Source of the DNA: Candidatus Cloacimonadota bacterium
Lineage (GTDB): Bacteria; Cloacimonadota; Cloacimonadia; JGIOTU-2
Assembly: GCA_049903315.1 (NCBI GenBank)
Contig: JBNGBT010000002.1
Location: 224,001-288,000, forward strand
Direction of reading: 5' to 3'
DNA: 64,000 bases
Made by a program: the position numbers and the translations under genes
Notes under the pieces: model-generated
What the model saw: the letters and a program-made list of their open reading frames with translations, nothing else
Told to the model about the DNA's origin: nothing
Databases searched by the model: none
In this document: in pieces, positions 17,554-27,560 of the stretch
Numbering within the stretch: the stretch's first letter is position 1
Layout of the letters: each line of letters begins with the position of its first letter

Positions 17554-18784
17554 TGCCTATATCATAATGAAAAAAGAGTTAAAACGGCTTTTCACAGATA
17601 AACGAACTGTCTTCTTCATGGTCGTGCTTCCGCTTGTTATGCTCCCGCTCATGTACACGGTGATGGGGAAGATAAGTCAATCCAGATCAGCTGATATACG
17701 GTCCTATCACGGAACTGTTTTTATTGCCCCTGAAATGCAGAAAGAATCCCCGATCTATAAAGAGTTCATCTCAATTATTAATAGCCAAATGAATGTCACG
17801 CTTAATGAAATACCTGAAGCATACATTCCAACTGCGAAGGAACTGATTACTGATAAGGAAGCTCAGTTATTGATAACTTTCCCCGAAAATATTGATCTTG
17901 CATTTGATGCGATACAGCCATTTGATATACATGTCTTTTATAATGGGGCATCAGATTATTCAACCTATTTTTACAGGATGACTCATAATGCGGTCAATTC
18001 ATTGGCTGACACATTGATAGTTTTTAGATTGGAATCTCTTGATATACCAACTGACATTCTTACACCTGTTACTGCAAACGAAACGATCAGTTATGATGAA
18101 ATCAATCTCGCAAAAAAGGGGAGTGAGGTTGGCAAGGCATTTGGCGTGCTTCTTCCATTTATTATCATTCTGTATCTGTTTGTGAGTTCCATGCAGGTGG
18201 GTATTGATACAGTATCCGGTGAGAAAGAACGCGGAACATTGGCTATCCTGCTTGTTAATCAAGTGGACAGGGCTTCAATAATACTCGGAAAACTCCTGGC
18301 TGTCGTGTGTGCATCTTTTGCAAGTGCGATAAGTTCTGTGGTCGGTCTGATGATCGCAGGAAGATTCTTTCTTAAAGACCTGTTCCGTTCCTCTGCAAGT
18401 ATGTCTGATTTTATTTTAGGAGCGAATCAAATTCTTCAGCTTGCAATTTTGCTTATTCCAGTTGCAATACTGCTCGTCTCATTAGTGTTAATTTGCGCAA
18501 CATATGCTCGAAATTCAAAAGAAGCAGCCGGTTTGGTCATGCCTCTTTACATGGTCGTTTTGATCTTGAGTATCGGCACAAGCTCGATGGGAGAAACAGT
18601 TCCCACATGGATGAATTATGCTCCTATCATTAATACAGTTGTTGCTCTAAAATCCATATTTATTAAGGCATCGACTTGGGGAAGTGTTATTATAGCAGCT
18701 GCATCAAGTCTTATTTTTGCTGGAATACTCATCTATTTCATGCTCAAGATGTTCAAAAGCGAAAAGATATTATTTAGAATTTAA
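17543..18784 (+). CDS. ABC-2 permease (NatB-like)
   Basis: KKELKRLFTDKRT start, GEKERGTL motif, several TM helices; GGAGG SD before ATG 17543. Confidence 0.85.
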   Translation: MLSDAYIIMKKELKRLFTDKRTVFFMVVLPLVMLPLMYTVMGKISQSRSADIRSYHGTVFIAPEMQKESPIYKEFISIINSQMNVTLNEIPEAYIPTAKELITDKEAQLLITFPENIDLAFDAIQPFDIHVFYNGASDYSTYFYRMTHNAVNSLADTLIVFRLESLDIPTDILTPVTANETISYDEINLAKKGSEVGKAFGVLLPFIIILYLFVSSMQVGIDTVSGEKERGTLAILLVNQVDRASIILGKLLAVVCASFASAISSVVGLMIAGRFFLKDLFRSSASMSDFILGANQILQLAILLIPVAILLVSLVLICATYARNSKEAAGLVMPLYMVVLILSIGTSSMGETVPTWMNYAPIINTVVALKSIFIKASTWGSVIIAAASSLIFAGILIYFMLKMFKSEKILFRI

Positions 18785-18793
18785 GGAGTTTTC

Positions 18794-20173
18794 ATGATTG
18801 AAAAAGATATATCAAAATATAAAAAAATGTTTTCAGAATATACTGAACTGCGTATTCAGGAAAATCGAAACTGCGCCATTTCAGTAGTGAACGGCGATAT
18901 AATGGGGAATAACAGAAGTTCGGAAAGTGGAGTATCCGCACGTGTGTATAAAAAAGGCGTATGGGGTTTTTCGTCCAATCCGACTATTTCTGATGAAACA
19001 GTCCAAACTGTCATTAAAGCAGCCACAGAAAATGCCCTTTATCTAAATGACAGGGAACGCAGAAACAAGCTCCCCCTTCCTGTCTCAATAGGTACTGCAG
19101 AAAAAGATTTTATGACTGAGAAGAAGAGGAAAACGCAGAAAGAAATGATTGATTTTCTCAAAGAAATTGATTCCTACATCGGAAAAACATACACAGATCT
19201 CACTGCAAGGACAACTGTGTATCGCTGCCTGGAGATGGAAAAAGCTCTCCTTACTTCAGAAGGTTCCCAGGCATATTCTATGATCCCGAGATCTATAATC
19301 TATACTTCTTTAAGTTTAACCAAGGACGGTCAGCCTTTTGAGCTTTATGAAGTTTTTGGTGGATTTGGACAATTTGAAGACCTCTTCATCAAACCGGAAA
19401 ACCTTTATGAGAAAATCGACACACAGTATGAACATCTAAAGAAAAAATCCGAAGGCGTGTATGCAAAAGCAGGTATGGCAGACTGTATTTTCGGACCTGA
19501 TCTCGCAGGTATTCTATCCCATGAAGCAATTGGTCATACAGTAGAAGCGGATATTGTGCTTGGCGGTTCGATCGCAGCTAATTATCTCAACAAAGTAGTT
19601 GCAAATCCGAACATGACTATGATTGATTATGCTCATACTGCGATGGGTAAACTATGCCCGATACCTGTATTTGTCGATGATGAAGGCACGAAAGCAGAAG
19701 ATGCAGTTCTTATTGAGAATGGCGTCCTGAAAACCTTCATGCATAATAAAGAGAGTGCACAACATTTCGGAGTCAAACCCACAGGCAATGCCCGTGCTTA
19801 TACCTATTCTGATGAACCGATAATTCGTATGAGAAATACTGCAATAGTGCCGGGAAATGACAAACTCGAAGATATGATCGCTTCTATAGATGACGGATAC
19901 TATCTCATGCAGGCATCAAACGGACAGGCAGATTCCACAAGTGAATTCATGTTCGGTATAGTCAAAGGGTATGAGATCAAAAACGGAAAACTTGGAAAAG
20001 GGATCAAAGATACGACTATTTCCGGCGTTGCATTCGAGATGTTGAAGACAATAGATATGATCTCCGATGATATGTCGTGGTCATGCGGTGGGATGTGCGG
20101 AAAAAAACAACTTATTCCTGTTGGCATGGGCGGACCTGCCGTGAAATGCAAAGTCAATATTGGAGGTAAATAA
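18794..20173 (+). CDS. tldD: TldD metalloprotease
   Basis: HEAIGHTVEAD zinc motif, DDEG, TGNAR, RMRNT, CGK. Confidence 0.88.
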   Translation: MIEKDISKYKKMFSEYTELRIQENRNCAISVVNGDIMGNNRSSESGVSARVYKKGVWGFSSNPTISDETVQTVIKAATENALYLNDRERRNKLPLPVSIGTAEKDFMTEKKRKTQKEMIDFLKEIDSYIGKTYTDLTARTTVYRCLEMEKALLTSEGSQAYSMIPRSIIYTSLSLTKDGQPFELYEVFGGFGQFEDLFIKPENLYEKIDTQYEHLKKKSEGVYAKAGMADCIFGPDLAGILSHEAIGHTVEADIVLGGSIAANYLNKVVANPNMTMIDYAHTAMGKLCPIPVFVDDEGTKAEDAVLIENGVLKTFMHNKESAQHFGVKPTGNARAYTYSDEPIIRMRNTAIVPGNDKLEDMIASIDDGYYLMQASNGQADSTSEFMFGIVKGYEIKNGKLGKGIKDTTISGVAFEMLKTIDMISDDMSWSCGGMCGKKQLIPVGMGGPAVKCKVNIGGK

Positions 20174-21468
20174 TGAAAACTGATAGAGAACTTGTAAAAT
20201 ACTGCATAGACAGAATGCTCCAAAAAGGCGCTGATAAAGCACAATGTTATCTCAAATTCAATAAGAAGCATGAGCTTAATGTTGATGCAGGCGAGATGAC
20301 ACTCCTGAGAACAACCTTTGATACCAGCATCCTGTTCAAGGCAATTATCAATGACCAGAAAGGCGATTTGAAGATCAATAAAATGGACGAAGATTCTCTT
20401 GATAAAGCTGTAGACCAAGTGATCGAACTTGCCCAGTCATCTTTACCGGATAAAGCGAATGATATTGCAGAAAAACAACCTCCCAAAGAATTTACTGCGG
20501 GTCGGGAAGAAGCTGATCTCGATGTAATGTATGATCGGCTCCATGATTTTGTACTTTATGAGAAGGAACATTATCCACAAACAATGATAGAACAATCAAT
20601 TATAGATTTTACACAGTCAAACATACTCATTCAGAATTCAAATGGTGTAGATTTTCAAGGCAATCGCGGTTTGTATTCCTTTTCTGTGATGTTTACTTCT
20701 AAGGAAGGAGAAAAGGCATCATCCTTCAATTATTCAGGATGTTCAATGAAAGAGCTCGATAAACCTCTGCATGAATACGCTTCTGTTGATATGCTTCTGG
20801 GGCAATCTAGCCAGCAGATACACACCTCGGCTTTTACGGGAAAGATGGTCGGTGATGTGATCATCACACCGGACTGTCTCTCATCATTTATATACTACAT
20901 TACAGCTTATCTTTCGGATTATTCTCTCATCTCTGGAAGTTCGATCTACAAGGATAAGCTGAATGAAAAGATCGCAAATGATTCCTTGACATTAAATTCA
21001 TATCCACGCTCTCCTCAGATAGCAAAAAATTACTTCTTCACGCGAGATGGGTTTGAAGCTCAAAATATGACCATTATTGAAAAAGGTGTGCTCAAATCCT
21101 TCCTGCTTTCGCAATATGGAGCGAATAAAACTGGCAAACCAAAAGCAGTGAACAGTGGTGGATGCTACATTGTTGAACCGGGTACTTCCTCATTTGAAGA
21201 CATGGTTTCGTCAATTGGTAAAGGATTACTGCTTTGCAGATTTTCCGGTGGAAATCCAAGTGATAACGGAGATTTTTCCGGTGTTGCAAAAAACAGTTAT
21301 CTTATAGAAAATGGAAAAATTTCCAAACCTGTTAATGAGACAATGATCGCTGGTAATCTTGCAGAAATGATAAGCAATATTGCAAATATTTCCCAAGAAA
21401 GAATTGATTATGGTAGTGCAATTTATCCCTGGATTCAGGTGAAAGGAATAACTATTTCAGGAAAATAA
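20173..21468 (+). CDS. pmbA: PmbA/TldE partner subunit
   Basis: TldD/PmbA fold motifs (DG, G.LKSFL, NGDFSG, ETMIAGNL) without HExxxH; overlaps the tldD stop. Confidence 0.82.
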   Translation: MKTDRELVKYCIDRMLQKGADKAQCYLKFNKKHELNVDAGEMTLLRTTFDTSILFKAIINDQKGDLKINKMDEDSLDKAVDQVIELAQSSLPDKANDIAEKQPPKEFTAGREEADLDVMYDRLHDFVLYEKEHYPQTMIEQSIIDFTQSNILIQNSNGVDFQGNRGLYSFSVMFTSKEGEKASSFNYSGCSMKELDKPLHEYASVDMLLGQSSQQIHTSAFTGKMVGDVIITPDCLSSFIYYITAYLSDYSLISGSSIYKDKLNEKIANDSLTLNSYPRSPQIAKNYFFTRDGFEAQNMTIIEKGVLKSFLLSQYGANKTGKPKAVNSGGCYIVEPGTSSFEDMVSSIGKGLLLCRFSGGNPSDNGDFSGVAKNSYLIENGKISKPVNETMIAGNLAEMISNIANISQERIDYGSAIYPWIQVKGITISGK

Positions 21469-21483
21469 ACGCGGAGAACAATT

Positions 21484-21921
21484 ATGGAAGTATATCAACA
21501 CACACAGAGAAGCAAGATAATGCTTTTTATCATCATCTTTGTGCTGTTATTCATGCTTTTTCTCATGTATAAAATCGGATTCAATTGGATTGGTGCTATT
21601 GTTTTTATTTTAATGGTCGTTGCATTATATCTATTTAATTCCTTGATAGTAAGAGTGAACTCCGAAAAAATATATGTTGCTTTTGGTCCGGGTTTGATCA
21701 AAAGAATAATTCCAGTCAGCAAGATCATTTCAGCAGAAAAGGTCTGGAATAAATGGTATTATGGTTTCGGGATACGCCTTGTACCAGGGGGAACTATGTT
21801 CAATGTCGCTGGATATGATGCGGTAGAATTAAAATTATCAGACGGAAAAGTCTTCCGAATTGGTACTGATGAACCTGATGCACTATTAAACGCCATACAA
21901 TCTCAAATGGGAATAAAATAA
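21484..21921 (+). CDS. Small membrane protein, two TM helices plus a bacterial PH-like domain
   Basis: Two TM helices, then YGFGIR...AVEL...FRIGTDEPDALL. Confidence 0.7.
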   Translation: MEVYQHTQRSKIMLFIIIFVLLFMLFLMYKIGFNWIGAIVFILMVVALYLFNSLIVRVNSEKIYVAFGPGLIKRIIPVSKIISAEKVWNKWYYGFGIRLVPGGTMFNVAGYDAVELKLSDGKVFRIGTDEPDALLNAIQSQMGIK

Positions 21922-21950
21922 TCTGAATCAATAAAAAATATGGAGCAACG

Positions 21951-22529
21951 ATGAAAGTTCTCATTATATATGCTCATCCATATGAAGGAAGTTTCAATAA
22001 AGCTATTTTGGATAATACTATTGATGGCTTGAAACATGCAGGTCATGAGTATGAACTTATTGATCTCAATGCAGAGGGATTCAACCCGGTTCTCACTTGC
22101 GAAGAGCTAGCGAAGTATCCAGAGGGTGAGTATTTTGATCCGAAGGTAGGGGAATATCTCGCAAAAATTAAAAATGCTGAACACCTTGTTTTGATCTTTC
22201 CCATTTGGTGGGGTGATGCACCTGCTATCCTTAAGGGATTCTTTGATAAAGTATTATTAAAAAAACATACCTATGATTTTAAAGGTAACTGGCCGCAGGG
22301 TAAACTAAAAGGAAGATCCGCAACAGTTATCTCAACAATGAACAGTCCTAAAATATTCTATAATTTCATAGGCAAAGCACCAATAAAACACACTGTGATA
22401 AGCGGCACACTAAAATTATGCGGTATAAAACCGGTGAAGTGGATAGAGTTCTCGCAAGTTGTTTCTGCTTCAAATGAGAAACGAGAAAGGATGCTCGATA
22501 GGGTATTGGATTATTTTACGAATTTGTAA
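21951..22529 (+). CDS. NAD(P)H-dependent oxidoreductase, flavodoxin_2 family
   Basis: IIYAHPYEGSFN, FPIWWGDAPAILKGFFDKV. Confidence 0.88.
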   Translation: MKVLIIYAHPYEGSFNKAILDNTIDGLKHAGHEYELIDLNAEGFNPVLTCEELAKYPEGEYFDPKVGEYLAKIKNAEHLVLIFPIWWGDAPAILKGFFDKVLLKKHTYDFKGNWPQGKLKGRSATVISTMNSPKIFYNFIGKAPIKHTVISGTLKLCGIKPVKWIEFSQVVSASNEKRERMLDRVLDYFTNL

Positions 22530-22577
22530 ATATTAAAATACTATTAAATAAATTAAGAAAGGAGAGGTGATATATTA

Positions 22578-23379
22578 TGGAGTAAATCGACTTTGTCGAT
22601 TTAACATTGACGCAGTCAATGTAGTCCACGAATAAAAATATGGAGTGAATCAACTATGTCGATTTTTGCATTGACACAGTCAATGCACTCCAAAAAGAGT
22701 ATTAAAATGGAAGAAACCTACAAAAAGTATCAACATAATCCACCGCATGTGTATGTCCCGAACGTAAAGTATTTTGTTACATCCTCTACGTTAGGAAAAT
22801 ATCATTATTTGCAATCTGAAGAAGCTAAATGGGCTGCACTTCATTATCTTACAAAATCATTGGATCTTTTTAATTGGGAATTAGAAGATTGGGTGATCTT
22901 AGATAATCATATTCATATAATGATAAATGCACCAGAAGATTCTACTACATTATCTCAATTGTTCAATAATTTTCATCGATTTACTGCAAACTGGTTATCA
23001 AAACACAATATAAAAAAAGTGCAAGAGAAATATTTTCATAATTATTGGGATACGTGCATAACGTATGAGAAGTCATATTTTTGTAGACTTCATTATATTT
23101 GGTATAATCCTGTTAAGCATGGCTACGTAGAAAGTCCTGAGAAATGGAAGTTTGGTAGTTATTATTTCCGATATAAAGAAGATATGAGGGAGATGGAACA
23201 AATAATTAAAACATATCCAATTGATAGAATGAAAATAGATGATGAATTTTAAATATGGAAATTATGGAGTAAATCGACTGGATTGATTTAACATTGACTC
23301 AGTCAATGCAGTCCAAAGAAGACGTATATGGAGTAAATCGACTGTGTCGATTTAGCATTGACATAGTCAATGCAGTCCA
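22578..23379 (+). mobile_element. REPtron-like locus: RAYT gene flanked by 2+2 REP-like palindromes
   Basis: REPs at 22578-22628, 22641-22692, 23265-23315 and 23329-23379, all in the same orientation. Confidence 0.85.
22707..23252 (+). CDS. REP-associated tyrosine transposase (RAYT/TnpA-REP, Y1 HUH family)
   Basis: YFVT, WVILDNHIH (HUH), YWDTCI, YIWYNPVKHG (catalytic Tyr region), W.FGSY; the upstream ORF extension lies inside REP2. Confidence 0.88.
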   Translation: MEETYKKYQHNPPHVYVPNVKYFVTSSTLGKYHYLQSEEAKWAALHYLTKSLDLFNWELEDWVILDNHIHIMINAPEDSTTLSQLFNNFHRFTANWLSKHNIKKVQEKYFHNYWDTCITYEKSYFCRLHYIWYNPVKHGYVESPEKWKFGSYYFRYKEDMREMEQIIKTYPIDRMKIDDEF

Positions 23380-23430
23380 AAACGGGAAAGGATGCTCGAT
23401 AGAATTTTGATTATTTTACGAACTTGTAAA
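23380..23430 (+). repeat. Stranded diverged copy of the oxidoreductase 3' end (22479-22530)
   Basis: aaacgRgaaaggatgctcgatag...gattattttacgaaYttgtaaa in both places. Confidence 0.88.
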
Positions 23431-23601
23431 ATAGGAGAATTGGTAAAAGTAGATGAACAGGAGTTGGGAAAGTATGCAAAGTGCAGGAATTACTAGACTA
23501 TGAGTATAATGTAACACAATATACGTCTTCACTGCACTAAGCCGAGATAGGTCGGACTGTTAAGTTACCAATTCAAAGCATTCAAAAGATTCAAAAAAAA
23601 T

Positions 23602-23647
23602 TTGACAAATAATTTTCTTTTCCTAAAAAATAGACCGACGGTCGGTC
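23602..23647 (+). promoter_or_regulatory. TTGACA promoter box and probable TetR operator gaccgac-g-gtcggtc
   Basis: Perfect 7-1-7 palindrome at 23633-23647, between TTGACA (23602) and the tetR start. Confidence 0.7.
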
Positions 23648-23670
23648 AATAAGAATTGAAAGGAAATAAT

Positions 23671-24360
23671 ATGACTCGTATCGTGAAGAAGCATGACGTC
23701 AGGAAAAATGAAATTCTTGATGCCGCCCAAACATTGTTCTACTCGAAGGGCTTTGATCAAACATCGATCAACCAGATCATCGATCAGATTGGTATTGCCA
23801 AAGGTACAATTTACCATTATTTCAAATCCAAATATGAATTACTGGATGCAGTTGTTGAACGGTTGATCATGCAGATGAAAGATGCTGTCCAACCAATACT
23901 CACAAATGAGGAACTCAGTGCAATTGATAAATTCAATATGACCTTCAAGATAATCGGGCAGATGAAATTCGAAAGAAAAGAGTTCATGCTCGAACTTTTA
24001 CGAGTGATGAATAGAGATGAAAATGTCATATTACATCAGAAGATGGTCTCGCGATCTATTGATTATATTGCTCCCATACTATCTCAAATAATCAAAGAAG
24101 GAATACAGGAGCACTCTTTAGACTGTGAGTATCCTGATGAGGTTGCAGCATATATACTTGGTCTTTCCGGATATATGAATAGATATTTTACAAAGATAAT
24201 TATTGAAATCCAAGAGGGAAGAGCGGAAATAGAGGTTTATATGATTCATCTCAAAGGACTTGAAAGGGTGATCGAAAGGATGATCGGCGCTGAAAAAGAA
24301 ACACTCTCGCTGGCGGATGAAACATTAGTCAGAAAATTTTTTACTGATCAGGAGGATTAA
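23671..24360 (+). CDS. TetR/AcrR family regulator
   Basis: RKNEILDAAQTLF..KGFDQTSI..I....GIAKGTIYHYFKSK helix-turn-helix. Confidence 0.9.
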   Translation: MTRIVKKHDVRKNEILDAAQTLFYSKGFDQTSINQIIDQIGIAKGTIYHYFKSKYELLDAVVERLIMQMKDAVQPILTNEELSAIDKFNMTFKIIGQMKFERKEFMLELLRVMNRDENVILHQKMVSRSIDYIAPILSQIIKEGIQEHSLDCEYPDEVAAYILGLSGYMNRYFTKIIIEIQEGRAEIEVYMIHLKGLERVIERMIGAEKETLSLADETLVRKFFTDQED

Positions 24361-25065
24361 ATGCCATTACTCGAATTACAGGGCGTTATCAAAAACTACA
24401 TGAAAGGTGAGCAGATCATACCTGCACTCCGGGGTGTGGATCTCATTATTGAAAAGGGAGATTTTTTATCAATTGTTGGTCCGTCAGGAAGCGGAAAATC
24501 GACATTGCTGAATATTATAGGATGCATCGATACTCCCACGGAAGGCAAGGTGCTGTATAACGGAGATGATCTTACAATTTTATCAGATAAAGAGAAAACC
24601 TATTACCGTAAAGAGAATATCTCATTCATATTTCAATCCTTCAATCTCATTCCTGTACTCACTGTTCGTGAGAACGTTGAGCTTCCTCTAATCATAGAAA
24701 AAAAATTCAACAAAACTGAAATTTATGAAAAGGTCACGAAGATCATCGAGATTGTAGGTCTGGAAGACATGGCTGATCGTTTTCCACGAGAACTTTCAGG
24801 TGGGCAGGAGCAGCGTGTAGCGATTGCCAGGGCATTGGTAAAAAATCCTCTGGTTGTGCTGGCTGACGAACCCACTGCAAACCTTGATTCAGAAATGTCT
24901 GAAGATATTATTTCGGTCATGCAGAAAATGAATGAGGAAATTCATACCACATTTATTTTCTCAACCCATGATCCTCTGGTTGAGAAGCATGCAAAGCGCG
25001 TCATCATATTACGTGACGGCATGATCGCATCGGACGAAAGGAAGAACCATGGGAACACTCAGTAA
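24361..25065 (+). CDS. ABC ATPase, LolD/MacB-like
   Basis: GPSGSGKST, FQSFNL, LSGGQEQRVAIARAL, ADEPTANLD. Confidence 0.9.
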   Translation: MPLLELQGVIKNYMKGEQIIPALRGVDLIIEKGDFLSIVGPSGSGKSTLLNIIGCIDTPTEGKVLYNGDDLTILSDKEKTYYRKENISFIFQSFNLIPVLTVRENVELPLIIEKKFNKTEIYEKVTKIIEIVGLEDMADRFPRELSGGQEQRVAIARALVKNPLVVLADEPTANLDSEMSEDIISVMQKMNEEIHTTFIFSTHDPLVEKHAKRVIILRDGMIASDERKNHGNTQ

Positions 25066-26299
25066 AATCGCATGGCGCAATGTGCGCAGGAACAAACGCC
25101 GCACCTTTCTTTCTGCACTCGTGATCGCTGTTGGACTGAGCATCTATATCATGATGAATTCTGTGATGACAGGTATGGATCGCGCGAATATCGATAACCT
25201 CATTGAATTGAGTACCTCTTCGATTAAAATCACAACTGAGAAGTATGGTGAAGAGAAAGAATCGCTTCCCCTCAAATACGGCATTTCCATACCAGATGAA
25301 GTAATTGCTTATATACAAGATCAGAAACATGTGATAGGAGCAACACCAAGAACACAATTCCTCGGGCAACTTTCCAACTGGGAAGATACAATGCCGATAA
25401 TAGGGCAGGTTATTGATATAGAAACTGATCGTTCTGTTTTTAATCTTGATAACTACATTATCGGTGAGTATTTCACAGGTACAGAAGAAAATGAGATAAT
25501 GCTCGGAAAAGATCTGGCGGAAGAAATGGCAGTGGGGGTAGGTGAATATATTACACTCTATGCACTCACCAAATTTGATAGCAGAAATGCCGACGAATTT
25601 TATATTGTCGGACTCCTTAACACGACTGATCCAAATATCAATTTGAACACTGCTTTGATCAGCTATCAGACTGCGGATGAATTTCTCGACCTCGAAAATC
25701 TGGTTACAGAGATCAATGTCGCAGTTGAAAGAAGAGTTAACTACAATCAATTTACTAAAGATGTGAACGAAATTGCAAAACAAATAGAACAAAATTTTCC
25801 TGATCTGCAAATCGATACTTTCGAGGAAATGGCAAGTGCATTCCTGGGTATTACAGAACAAAAAAAGGCATTCGGTTCAATCATCATGTTGATCATACTT
25901 GCCATCGCTGCTGTAGGGATTTTTAACTCTGTGCTGATGAGTGTATATGAACGAATAAGAGAAATCGGTGTGCTCCGTGCCCAGGGATTCAAAAGAAAGG
26001 AAATTGTGACTCTTTTCATTTGGGAAGGTTTTTTTATCGGCTTTTTAGGAAGTGTCATGGGAGTTGTCCTCGGCTGCGGTATTAATCTCTATTTGGTCAT
26101 GAAGGGCTTTCCTCTGGATAAATTCGTCGGTTTTCAGAATAGTGGAATTCCATACTGGGGTACTTTGTATGGAGAATGGAATATTGGCACAATAATCTTC
26201 GCATTTTGTTTCGGGCTGCTCGTTGCACTCGCTGCAAGTTATCTTCCTTCGAGAATGGCTTCAAAGTTGGAAGTAACCAAAGCATTGCGTTTCGTATAA
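25049..26299 (+). CDS. LolC/E-FtsX family permease
   Basis: IAWRNVRRNKRRT, MSVYERIREIGVLRAQG, four-TM layout. Confidence 0.88.
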   Translation: MGTLSKIAWRNVRRNKRRTFLSALVIAVGLSIYIMMNSVMTGMDRANIDNLIELSTSSIKITTEKYGEEKESLPLKYGISIPDEVIAYIQDQKHVIGATPRTQFLGQLSNWEDTMPIIGQVIDIETDRSVFNLDNYIIGEYFTGTEENEIMLGKDLAEEMAVGVGEYITLYALTKFDSRNADEFYIVGLLNTTDPNINLNTALISYQTADEFLDLENLVTEINVAVERRVNYNQFTKDVNEIAKQIEQNFPDLQIDTFEEMASAFLGITEQKKAFGSIIMLIILAIAAVGIFNSVLMSVYERIREIGVLRAQGFKRKEIVTLFIWEGFFIGFLGSVMGVVLGCGINLYLVMKGFPLDKFVGFQNSGIPYWGTLYGEWNIGTIIFAFCFGLLVALAASYLPSRMASKLEVTKALRFV

Positions 26300-26306
26300 G
26301 GAGTAT

Positions 26307-27548
26307 ATGATGTCATTTATCCAAAAATTTGCAATGAGAAATGTCGGGAGAAATAAGCGCCGCTCATTGCTTGCAGTGATATCGGTTACGCTTTCAATTC
26401 TCTTGATCGTGTTTCTCCAAGGTTTGATCGGGGGCTTTCTCGACAACCTCGTACACAACTATACAAAAAATGAAACAGGTCATATCAGAATTGCTACAGA
26501 GAAATTTGAAGAGAAAGCAAAGTTCTTTCCTGTAACCGAAAATATAAAAAATCCCCAGCAGATCATAGCTGAGATTACAAATGATGAATCAATTAACAGG
26601 AAAATTAAGTCAATAAGTCAGCGCATCACCTTTGGGGTTCTACTCACGAATAAGGGAAACAATAGGCAGGCACTTGCATTTGCGGGTGATCCCGAGATAG
26701 AAAAGAGCTTGTTAATGCTCAATCGATCAATAATTCCCGGAGGAAGATATCTCGAAGCTGGAAACGAAGCAATCGTAGGAAAGATTCTTGCAGACGATCT
26801 TGGTTACAAGCTTGGCGATGAGATAAGTGTCATGACACAGGGAAGTGATTATGCACTTCACCTTAAGAAATTCAGAATCGTGGGTATGTTTGATACAGGA
26901 TTAAGAATGTATGATGAGAGAATATTCCAGATACCTCTTTCCAGTGCGCAGGAATTACTTCGGATGCCGGGTCAGGTACAGCAGATTGTGATCATGCTTG
27001 ATAACTATTATGATTCTGAAAAAGTAGCCCGTGAATTAGCGCCGAAGTTAGCAAAATATGATGTGGTTGTGTCATCCTGGAAAGAAATCGGCGGATATGC
27101 AGTGTGGGTGGATATGGCAAACCAGATCTACAACTGGATCTATATTGTGATTGCATTCCTTGGTGCTTTTATTATTGCAAATATCATGATGATGGTCGTG
27201 CTGGAACGCAGAAGGGAGATCGGCATCATTAAATCAATGGGTTTCACGAATGGTCAGGTACTCTCAATGTTCGTAAGCGAAGGCATGCTGCTTGGCTTTA
27301 TAGGAAGTGTTGTCGGTGCGCTTATTGGACTCGGTATTGTGACATTTCTTCATTTTCACGGTATTGATTTCTCTAAAATGATGGGGGGCATAGAATTCCC
27401 CATGAGTAATATTATATATCTCAGACTGAATGTTCTCAGTTTGTTAATTGCGATCCTCCTGGGAACTCTGGTCTCAACAATAGTTTCGTTCTTCCCATCC
27501 CGAAGAGCAGAAAAAATGAAGATCGTAGATTCTCTGAAAAGTGTATAA
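26307..27548 (+). CDS. LolC/E-FtsX family permease
   Basis: AMRNVGRNKRRS, VLERRREIGIIKSMG. Confidence 0.88.
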   Translation: MMSFIQKFAMRNVGRNKRRSLLAVISVTLSILLIVFLQGLIGGFLDNLVHNYTKNETGHIRIATEKFEEKAKFFPVTENIKNPQQIIAEITNDESINRKIKSISQRITFGVLLTNKGNNRQALAFAGDPEIEKSLLMLNRSIIPGGRYLEAGNEAIVGKILADDLGYKLGDEISVMTQGSDYALHLKKFRIVGMFDTGLRMYDERIFQIPLSSAQELLRMPGQVQQIVIMLDNYYDSEKVARELAPKLAKYDVVVSSWKEIGGYAVWVDMANQIYNWIYIVIAFLGAFIIANIMMMVVLERRREIGIIKSMGFTNGQVLSMFVSEGMLLGFIGSVVGALIGLGIVTFLHFHGIDFSKMMGGIEFPMSNIIYLRLNVLSLLIAILLGTLVSTIVSFFPSRRAEKMKIVDSLKSV

Positions 27549-27560
27549 ATAGGAGTAATC

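Noticed and set aside
22578..23379. CRISPR-like periodicity (63-64 nt) of the repeats
   Set aside because: Repeats are 51 nt with 12-13 nt gaps, occur only in pairs, flank a RAYT, and no cas genes are present
23432..23600. Purine-rich stretch with weak inverted similarity to 39991-40030, and ttcaaa 9-nt repeats
   Set aside because: Matches are too short (agtagRtgaaca) to distinguish from chance; no convincing RNA structure
25004..25861. Long antisense ORFs (also 3834-4478, 19900-20418, 31254-31952)
   Set aside because: Shadows of well-supported genes on the opposite strand with no recognisable motifs
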